DNA from: Bacillota bacterium
Lineage (GTDB): Bacteria; Bacillota; Clostridia; Peptostreptococcales; Anaerovoracaceae
DNA length: 24,000 nucleotides
Assembly: GCA_025361765.1 (NCBI GenBank)
Contig: JANYJS010000102.1
Coordinates: forward strand, 11,166-35,165
Direction of reading: 5' to 3'
Part shown: one piece after another, positions 16,854-24,000 of the stretch
Numbering within the stretch: position 1 is the first letter of the stretch
Layout: the number at the start of each line of letters is the position of its first letter
The notes under the pieces: model-generated
Told to the model about the DNA's origin: nothing
The model's input: the letters and a program-made list of their open reading frames with translations, nothing else
The model's database searches: none
Made by a program: the position numbers and the translations under genes

Positions 16854-18049
16854 AATTCTCGAAAAAGCTTGAGCAAATGGAACATTCTCCAATAAGAAAG
16901 TTTTATAAATACGCCGCTGAAGCAGAAAGAAAGGGAAAGAAAATATTTTATCTTAATATCGGGCAACCTGATATTAAAACCCCCAAAGTATATTTTGACG
17001 CCATTAAGCATTTTAATGAGGAAGTATTGGCTTATATGCCTTCTCAAGGTATACCAGAACTCATTGAGGCTATGCGTAAATATTATGAACAGCATAAAAT
17101 ATATTATGACAGTGAAGATATTATCATAACACAAGGGGGTAGTGAAGCACTGACGTTTACTATGTTATGCATCACAAATGATGGCGATGAAATCATAGTT
17201 CCAGAGCCGTTTTATACGAATTACAATATTTTTATAAAGGGAACTGGCGCCAAAATAGTCCCACTTACGACAAAAGCTGAAGATGGTTTTCATTTTGCCA
17301 AGAGAGAAGATATTGAGAGCAAAATCACTAAGCGTACACGTGCAATTTTGTTAACAAATCCCGGAAATCCAACAGGCACTGTTCTGTCAAAGAATGAAAT
17401 GCGTATGATTGCAGATATCGCTAAAGAACACGATTTATTCATCATTTCTGATGAAGTGTACCGGGAGTTTGTTTATGACGGAAGTCCTATGACCAGCTTT
17501 GGGCAGCTTCCTGACGTTAAAGACCGAGTGATTCTGATTGACAGCATTTCTAAAAGATTCAGTGCCTGCGGCGCCAGAATCGGAGCTGTAATCACAAGAA
17601 ATAAAGAACTTCAAAATCATCTTATGAAGCTTTGCCAAGGTCGGTTAGCAAGTCCAACTTTAGATCAAGTTGGCGCTGTCGCCCTATACAATTTGCCAAG
17701 CGATTATTTTGATGATGTCATAAAGGAATACCAAAAAAGAAGAGATGTAGTCTATGATTATCTGAGTAAAATAGAGGGCGTAGTTTGTCAAAAGCCTTCT
17801 GGGGCCTTTTATTTAACAGCTAAACTGCCAGTTAATGATGCTGAAGAGTTTTTGATATTTATGTTGACCGCTTTTGAAGATCATGGTGAAACAGTCATGT
17901 TTGCTCCCGTTGAAGGTTTTTATGAAACAGAAGGACTAGGAAGAGATGAGATCAGAATTGCCTATGTATTAAATACAAAAGATTTGACTAGGGCCATGGA
18001 GCTTCTAAAATTTGGCTTAGAAAAATATCTAACCCTGACGACTGTATAA
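16850..18049 (+). CDS. Pyridoxal-phosphate-dependent class I aminotransferase (aspartate/aromatic type)
   Basis: 399 aa with NIGQPD, NPGNPTG and the PLP-lysine motif SISKRFSACGARIG. An ATGA start/stop overlap links it to tlyA. Confidence 0.85.
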   Translation: MKFSKKLEQMEHSPIRKFYKYAAEAERKGKKIFYLNIGQPDIKTPKVYFDAIKHFNEEVLAYMPSQGIPELIEAMRKYYEQHKIYYDSEDIIITQGGSEALTFTMLCITNDGDEIIVPEPFYTNYNIFIKGTGAKIVPLTTKAEDGFHFAKREDIESKITKRTRAILLTNPGNPTGTVLSKNEMRMIADIAKEHDLFIISDEVYREFVYDGSPMTSFGQLPDVKDRVILIDSISKRFSACGARIGAVITRNKELQNHLMKLCQGRLASPTLDQVGAVALYNLPSDYFDDVIKEYQKRRDVVYDYLSKIEGVVCQKPSGAFYLTAKLPVNDAEEFLIFMLTAFEDHGETVMFAPVEGFYETEGLGRDEIRIAYVLNTKDLTRAMELLKFGLEKYLTLTTV

Positions 18050-18065
18050 TTTTGGAGGATATGCT

Positions 18066-19403
18066 TTGAGCAAAAATACTTACCATATTACGACCTTTGG
18101 CTGTCAGATGAATGAGCATGACTCTGAGAAGCTTGCTGGGATGCTGTTACAGATGGGTTATTATGAAAGTCCTGATAAATCAGCTGCTGATGTTATTATT
18201 ATCAATACTTGCAGCGTTCGTGAACATGCAGACGAACGTTTTTTTGGCACTCTGGGCCAACTTAAGAAAGTGAAAGAGGATAACCCACTCAAAACCATTG
18301 CTGTATGCGGATGCATGATGCAGCAACCTCATATCGTTGAAAAGCTTAAATCCAAATATCCTTGGATCGACATCATATTTGGCACCCATAACTTACAGGA
18401 ATTCCCAAAACTATTGTCAAACTCATTGAATGATCGCAATAAAACCATTGATGTTTGGCGTGAAAATGGAGATATTGTAGAAGGATTACCTGCGAAAAGA
18501 AAGTACGATTTTAAATCTTTTGTCAATATTATGTACGGCTGTAATAATTTTTGCTCATATTGTATCGTCCCATATACCCGTGGCAGAGAACGCAGCAGAC
18601 ATCCTTCCGAGATCATATCAGAAATAGAGGCCCTTGTTTTAACCGGCGTCCTTGAAATTACGCTATTAGGTCAAAACGTGAATTCCTATGGTAATAATTG
18701 TGATTTTGACATGAGTTTTAGTGAGTTAATCTATAAATTAAATGATATCCAAGGGCTTGAGCGCATCAGGTTCATGACATCACATCCTAAAGATTTATCC
18801 GATGATCTTATTCAAGCCTATCGAGATTGTTCTAAGCTTTCCAAATATATACATCTACCGATTCAATCTGGCAGCAACAGAATTCTAAAGAAGATGAACA
18901 GAAACTATACACGAGAAAATTATCTGTCTATAGTTGAAAAGCTTAGGATTGCGGTTCCGGGAATTGCCATTTCAACAGATTTCATAGTGGGTTTTCCTGG
19001 CGAGACTGAGGATGATTTCCAGGATACGATCGACTTAGTGGATAGCATAGGTTTTGATTCTGCCTACACCTTCCTTTATTCTATACGTAAAGGGACTCCT
19101 GCCGAGTCTTTTTCCGATCAAGTACCAGAAGACATTAAACATAAGCGTTTTAATAGATTGGTTGAAGTTTTAAATAAGCATTCTGCTTTAAGAAACGAAG
19201 CCTATCAAGGGAAATTGGTTCAAGTACTTGTTGAGGGACCAAGTAAAAATAACAAAATGATTTATGCCGGCAGAACTGACACCAATAAACTTGTCAATAT
19301 CCGAACTAATAAAGAGGCAATTGGAAAAATTATTGATGTGCTTATTACCGAAACAAGGTCCTTTAGTCTATTTGGTAAAGCAGTAGATTCCGAGAGGTAT
19401 TAA
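18066..19403 (+). CDS. miaB: tRNA-2-methylthio-N6-dimethylallyladenosine synthase (radical SAM methylthiotransferase)
   Basis: UPF0004 N-domain Cys residues (TFGCQMN, NTCSVRE, CGCM), a radical SAM CNNFCSYC motif and a TRAM C-terminus. TTG start lies after GGAGGA. Confidence 0.92.
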   Translation: MSKNTYHITTFGCQMNEHDSEKLAGMLLQMGYYESPDKSAADVIIINTCSVREHADERFFGTLGQLKKVKEDNPLKTIAVCGCMMQQPHIVEKLKSKYPWIDIIFGTHNLQEFPKLLSNSLNDRNKTIDVWRENGDIVEGLPAKRKYDFKSFVNIMYGCNNFCSYCIVPYTRGRERSRHPSEIISEIEALVLTGVLEITLLGQNVNSYGNNCDFDMSFSELIYKLNDIQGLERIRFMTSHPKDLSDDLIQAYRDCSKLSKYIHLPIQSGSNRILKKMNRNYTRENYLSIVEKLRIAVPGIAISTDFIVGFPGETEDDFQDTIDLVDSIGFDSAYTFLYSIRKGTPAESFSDQVPEDIKHKRFNRLVEVLNKHSALRNEAYQGKLVQVLVEGPSKNNKMIYAGRTDTNKLVNIRTNKEAIGKIIDVLITETRSFSLFGKAVDSERY

Positions 19404-19404
19404 A

Positions 19405-22008
19405 GTGATATTGACACCCATGATGACGCAATATCAGGAAATCAAAGAGAATTACAAGGACTGTATTCTGTTTTTTAGGCTTGGTGATTTTTATGAGATG
19501 TTTTTTGATGATGCCTTAACTGCATCAAGGGAAATGGAAATTACTTTGACAGGCAGGGACTGTGGACAAGAGGCTAGAGCCCCCATGTGCGGTGTTCCTT
19601 ATCATGCAGCTGATGTCTATATAGCAAAACTTGTAAATAAAGGTTACAAAGTTGCCATATGTGAGCAGGTGGAAGATCCTGCCCTTGCTAAAGGAATCGT
19701 AAAAAGAGAAGTCGTTAGGATCGTAACACCAGGAACAGTTTTGAGTCAAACCATTCTTGACGAAAAAGAGAACAATTATTTGGTTTCCATTTATATGGAT
19801 GAGACTGGAGCAGGGCTTGCCTTTACTGATCTTTCAACCGGAGAACTCAAAGCGACTGAATTTGACATTTTAGTCTATCGGGATATGCTTCGCAACGAAA
19901 TCGCCAAAATTCACCCGAAAGAAATTGTTGGCAATGTTTATATGCAAAATGATGATTTTTTAGATGATGTAAAGTTCTCGTCCGACGCCTATTGTGAAAC
20001 AATAGCGGATGGTTATTTTAACACTACCGACGCCGAGGAACTCATTCTACGTCAATTTAAACTCAAAACGCTAAGTGGACTTGGAATCGATGCTAATAGT
20101 CACCTCGTTAAGGCGCTTGGGGCACTATTATCTTATCTATTTAGTACACAAAAGCATACTCTTTCACATATCAATAATCTTCAGATTTATAACTCAGCCA
20201 ATCATATGGCTCTAGATAAATCGGCACTTAGAAATCTTGAAATAACGGAAACGCTAATTGACCAAAAAACTCAAGGCTCACTATTAGGAATCTTAGATAA
20301 GACCCACACGGCAATGGGTTCAAGGAAAATGAAAAGATGGTTAAGAGAACCATTAAATCAACTGTCTAGCATACAAGAAAGGCTTGATTCTGTTGAAATT
20401 CTAACCAATGACATCCTGTTAAGGAATGATTTAAAGGAGGCTTTAAAACAAATATACGATTTAGAGCGTCTCTCCGGCAGGATAGGGTGCGGCAATGCAA
20501 ACGGAAGGGATTTAAGCGCACTTAAGCAATCTATATTTGTAATCCCAGAACTAAAAAGCGAACTCTCTGTTACAAATGCTGTATTACTAAATAAGTTAAA
20601 CGATGCTATCGATTCTCTTAATGACCTTTATTCTTTAATACATAGAAGCATAGCTTCAGATCCTCCATACACCATTAAAGAAGGGGGTTTGATTAAAGCT
20701 GGCTACTCTGATGAACTTGACCAAGTCAAGTTTTCTATACGAGATAGACAAAATTGGATTGGCGCTCTTGAATCTGTCGAAAAAGAGCGAACAGGCATTA
20801 AATCCTTAAAAGTCGGATTTAATAAAGTTTTTGGCTATTATATAGAAATAACCAAGTCCTATTTTCATCTTATTCCAGATAATTATATTAGAAAACAAAC
20901 TCTTGCGAACTGTGAGCGATTTATAACTCAAGAGTTAAAAGAGGCAGAAGCATTGGTATTGAATGCTGAAGCAAAAATAAACCAATTGGAATACCAGATA
21001 TTTACTGATATTAGAACCGGCATTCAGGAATTTCTGCCTATTTTGCAAAAAACATCTGACGCTATTGCATCTTTGGATGTTTTGCTTTCTTTTGCAGAGA
21101 TCAGTGTTAAACTGGGCTATATAAAGCCATCGGTTAATAGTTCAAATATTTTAGAAATTGTTAAAGGTCGTCATCCAGTCATTGAACAAACGATCAAAAA
21201 CGGACTGTTTGTATCAAATGATACCTATGCAGATAGCAGTGACTCAAGTTTGCTTCTAATAACTGGGCCGAATATGTCCGGAAAATCAACTTATATGCGG
21301 CAAACCGCTCTCATTGTTCTCATGGCCCAATCAGGCTGTTTCATTCCTGCCGAATCGGCAGAAATAGGTATAGTAGATAAAATTTTCACACGAATTGGTG
21401 CGTCAGATAATCTATCACAAGGTCAAAGCACATTTTTTGTTGAAATGACCGAACTGGCTTATATTTTAAATACCGCCACAGATAAGAGCCTTGTGCTTTT
21501 AGACGAAATTGGCAGGGGAACCAGCACCTATGACGGATTAAGCATTGCCTGGGCTGTGGTTGAATACTTATGCAATAAGAAAAATCGTATAAAAACTTTA
21601 TTTGCCACGCATTATCATGAGCTTACGCAGCTAGAAGGCATTATTAAAGGATTTAAAAATTTAAATGTTGATGTAAAAGACACTGATGGCAGCATTGTTT
21701 TTCTTCATAAAATTGTTTCCGGCAGCGCGAGCAGAAGCTATGGCATACATGTAGCAAGGCTTGCGGGAGTTCCAAGAGAACTGCTTGATGTTGCCGAAAA
21801 AAAGCTATCTCAGTTAGAGAGCACATCTGTCACATTAACCTTTCAAACCGATTTGATCAAAGAAGATACGCAATCTGTACAAATCTCATTATTTGATGAT
21901 GTATTAAATCCGATCATTGAAAAGGTTAGAGCCCTTGATCTCATGAGCATAACGCCATCTCAGGCGATAGGATACCTCGAAGAATTGAAAAATGAGCTCG
22001 CTAAATAA
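19405..22008 (+). CDS. mutS: DNA mismatch repair protein MutS
   Basis: TPMMTQYQEIK, the mismatch-binding motif GDFYEMF, Walker A GPNMSGKST and the DEIGRGTSTYDG motif. Confidence 0.95.
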   Translation: MILTPMMTQYQEIKENYKDCILFFRLGDFYEMFFDDALTASREMEITLTGRDCGQEARAPMCGVPYHAADVYIAKLVNKGYKVAICEQVEDPALAKGIVKREVVRIVTPGTVLSQTILDEKENNYLVSIYMDETGAGLAFTDLSTGELKATEFDILVYRDMLRNEIAKIHPKEIVGNVYMQNDDFLDDVKFSSDAYCETIADGYFNTTDAEELILRQFKLKTLSGLGIDANSHLVKALGALLSYLFSTQKHTLSHINNLQIYNSANHMALDKSALRNLEITETLIDQKTQGSLLGILDKTHTAMGSRKMKRWLREPLNQLSSIQERLDSVEILTNDILLRNDLKEALKQIYDLERLSGRIGCGNANGRDLSALKQSIFVIPELKSELSVTNAVLLNKLNDAIDSLNDLYSLIHRSIASDPPYTIKEGGLIKAGYSDELDQVKFSIRDRQNWIGALESVEKERTGIKSLKVGFNKVFGYYIEITKSYFHLIPDNYIRKQTLANCERFITQELKEAEALVLNAEAKINQLEYQIFTDIRTGIQEFLPILQKTSDAIASLDVLLSFAEISVKLGYIKPSVNSSNILEIVKGRHPVIEQTIKNGLFVSNDTYADSSDSSLLLITGPNMSGKSTYMRQTALIVLMAQSGCFIPAESAEIGIVDKIFTRIGASDNLSQGQSTFFVEMTELAYILNTATDKSLVLLDEIGRGTSTYDGLSIAWAVVEYLCNKKNRIKTLFATHYHELTQLEGIIKGFKNLNVDVKDTDGSIVFLHKIVSGSASRSYGIHVARLAGVPRELLDVAEKKLSQLESTSVTLTFQTDLIKEDTQSVQISLFDDVLNPIIEKVRALDLMSITPSQAIGYLEELKNELAK

Positions 22009-22044
22009 GTCATATCCAAATTCATTAATTTAGGAGATCGTCTA

Positions 22045-23913
22045 ATGGAAAATAGGATACATCATAGAATCCAGGAATTGCCTCAGGAAGTTGCCGACAA
22101 AATTGCAGCTGGGGAAGTTATTGATAGACCTCTTTCTGTTGTTAAGGAACTGGTTGAAAATGCTATAGATTCTGGCGCGGATTCCATTATAATTGAGTTT
22201 AGAAATGGTGGAAAAACTTATATTAGAGTGACTGATAATGGTGCTGGCATCGATTCTTGCGATGTAGAACTCGCTTTTAAAAGGCATGCAACGAGCAAGA
22301 TTGAAACGGCAAAAGATTTAGAAAGTATTCAATCTCTTGGGTTCAGAGGCGAAGCTTTATCCAGTATTTGTGTTGTATCAAAGACAGAAGTGATTACCAA
22401 AACCAGTACAGGTGTAGCCGGGTTTCGCATGCTATTTTCCGGCAGCCAAATCTTAGAAAAGTCTGAAATAGGTTGTCCACAAGGGACGACAATTGTCGTT
22501 ACAGATTTATTTTTCAACACACCAGCAAGATATAAATTCATGAAACCTGAATCAACTGAAACTTCCCTAATTATAGATTTTGTGTCCAAAATGGCACTAG
22601 CCTATCCGTCTATTAAAATAAGACTGATTAATAATGGAAATATCCTGTTTTCCACTTCTGGGAAAGGTGATTTGTTTGATAATATTTTAATGATATTTAA
22701 TACGGATGTTGCGAAGAAACTCATACATATAGAAGACCTGGATAATAATTTTAGTATTGAAGCCTACATTTCGGTACCAAGTTTTACGCAAGCCTCACGA
22801 AAAAATCAGATTATTTTTGTCAATGGCCGCACCATTAGCAGTAAAATAATCGATCAAGCAATTGCTGCAGCTTATAGAGAAAAAACCCCAGAAAACAGGT
22901 ATCCGTCTGCCTTTATTTTTTTTCATCTACCACCCGCTCAGTTAGATGTGAATATTCATCCGAATAAAAAAGAAGTTCGGTTTGAGGACGAAAAGGCAGT
23001 TTCGGCCTTTATTCAAAAGGCTCTACTAGATGGGTTGTCCAGTAAATTTGCCATACCCGAGGTTACAGGAAAGAGCATTTTTGCCTCGTCAGAAAAAATA
23101 ATGGAGCTTCCTATTACTGAACAGATTAATATCAAACAACTGTTTGCTGCGAAAAGGGAATCCGAAAGTCTTTATAAACTTTCTCAAATTAGTAGTGATA
23201 AAAATAACGAATATATAGATCATAAATTTTCATACAACGATCGAAAACTCGAGGTTCACGGCGATGGAAAAGAAGAATTTCACGATCATGGTTTGTTATT
23301 AAAAGAAGGGAAAAATCACAATAACGTAGCCGCATTTGACGTACTGAGCCTTGCCGTTACCGGAATTATATTCGATACTTATATAACAGCCGTCGATGAT
23401 GATCATTTTTACCTGATTGACCAGCATGCGGCTCATGAAAGGGTTTTTTATGAGATGCTCATGTCTTCCTATTGCAATAGGCCTATCGGAATTCAAACTA
23501 TTATATTTCCATTCACAGTCAACACGTCTTTTTCCGTCAGTGAGACCAGTGAGAACTGGCTTTCAGTATTGAAATGTCTGGGATATGATCTGGTCATTTT
23601 TGGGCCTAAAATATATCGCGTAGATGGGATACCTATGTTCATGAACCTTGATGAGGCAAAACTGTTTTTGGATGACTTCTTGGAAAACATTTCTGATCAT
23701 ACGAATTTTGAAGATAGAAATATGATTGAAAAAATCATATCTAAAGCTTGCAAAAGCGCTATAAAAGCACATGATAAACTCAGCAGTCAAGAAGTTAAGC
23801 AACTATTACTTGACTTGTCCAAAACTGATAAGCCCGGTTCTTGCCCTCATGGGAGACCAGTATATATTAAGCTTAGTAAGCATGAAATTGAAAAGCTTTT
23901 TAAGCGTGTATAG
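22045..23913 (+). CDS. mutL: DNA mismatch repair endonuclease MutL
   Basis: GHKL ATPase N-terminus (VVKELVENAIDSGA, DNGAGI, GFRGEAL). The C-terminal endonuclease motif DQHAAHERVFYE and CPHGRP indicate a MutH-independent type. Confidence 0.95.
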   Translation: MENRIHHRIQELPQEVADKIAAGEVIDRPLSVVKELVENAIDSGADSIIIEFRNGGKTYIRVTDNGAGIDSCDVELAFKRHATSKIETAKDLESIQSLGFRGEALSSICVVSKTEVITKTSTGVAGFRMLFSGSQILEKSEIGCPQGTTIVVTDLFFNTPARYKFMKPESTETSLIIDFVSKMALAYPSIKIRLINNGNILFSTSGKGDLFDNILMIFNTDVAKKLIHIEDLDNNFSIEAYISVPSFTQASRKNQIIFVNGRTISSKIIDQAIAAAYREKTPENRYPSAFIFFHLPPAQLDVNIHPNKKEVRFEDEKAVSAFIQKALLDGLSSKFAIPEVTGKSIFASSEKIMELPITEQINIKQLFAAKRESESLYKLSQISSDKNNEYIDHKFSYNDRKLEVHGDGKEEFHDHGLLLKEGKNHNNVAAFDVLSLAVTGIIFDTYITAVDDDHFYLIDQHAAHERVFYEMLMSSYCNRPIGIQTIIFPFTVNTSFSVSETSENWLSVLKCLGYDLVIFGPKIYRVDGIPMFMNLDEAKLFLDDFLENISDHTNFEDRNMIEKIISKACKSAIKAHDKLSSQEVKQLLLDLSKTDKPGSCPHGRPVYIKLSKHEIEKLFKRV

Positions 23914-23921
23914 GGGGATGT

Positions 23922-24000
23922 ATGAAAACACCATTGGTAATAATTGTTGGTCCCACAGCGGTTGGAAAGACAGGATTTGCGATTGAAATTGCGAAGCAAT
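23922..24000 (+). CDS. miaA: tRNA dimethylallyltransferase, 3' end truncated by the window edge
   Basis: MKTPLVIIVGPTAVGKTGFAIEIAKQ has the MiaA P-loop GPTAVGKT. RBS AGGGGGA is at 23912-23918. The mutL-miaA order is conserved in Firmicutes. Confidence 0.8.
   Translation, partial: MKTPLVIIVGPTAVGKTGFAIEIAKQ

Noticed and set aside
16793-17134. 113-aa minus-strand ORF antisense to the tlyA/aminotransferase junction
   Set aside because: It has low-complexity, Phe/Ile/Leu-rich AT-driven translation and is fully antisense to a strongly supported aminotransferase N-terminus. No RBS is present.
23771-23986. 71-aa + strand ORF bridging the mutL end and the miaA start
   Set aside because: It is out of frame with both mutL (CPHGRP motif region) and miaA (P-loop), each of which has clear homology, so it is an overlap artefact.
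1-24000. Search for CRISPR arrays, transposases or integrases, tRNA/rRNA genes, toxin-antitoxin or defence islands
   Set aside because: No direct-repeat/spacer periodicity and no inverted terminal repeats were seen. Apart from the YjjI/YjjW pair, which itself shows no compositional break or flanking repeats, the supported ORFs are conserved housekeeping-type genes. Composition is uniform outside the OLE segment.

Overview
The window looks like a chromosomal core region of a low-GC, probably anaerobic Firmicute (Clostridia-like). I support 23 protein genes, all on the + strand and packed head to tail. In order they are: rnj (5' partial), a YlbF/YmcA-like gene, an M24 Xaa-Pro aminopeptidase, efp, then the only clear intrinsic terminator. 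After it come mltG, a YrrM/TrmR-like O-methyltransferase, a U32 (YrrO/TrhP-like) protein, a YjjI-like glycyl radical enzyme, its radical-SAM activase, asp23, nusB, a divergent Kae1/TsaD-like protein, xseA, xseB and ispA. A 596-nt ORF-free structured gap follows, then a 4-TM membrane protein, dxs, tlyA, a class I aminotransferase, miaB, mutS, mutL and miaA (3' partial). The most unusual element is that gap (about 12977-13545). By position, size, composition and pairing potential I call it an OLE (ornate, large, extremophilic) RNA, followed by its partner membrane protein OapA inside the isoprenoid ispA/dxs block. This RNA class is already described, but its biochemical role is unresolved. The second item of interest is an uncharacterised short glycyl radical enzyme and activase pair (YjjI/YjjW-like). 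It overlaps the stop codon of the U32/O-methyltransferase tRNA-modification block, which suggests translational coupling. I saw no rRNA, tRNA, CRISPR array, transposase, integrase or large repeat. All functional calls come from reading the translated ORFs, their motifs and the synteny; no database search was run.
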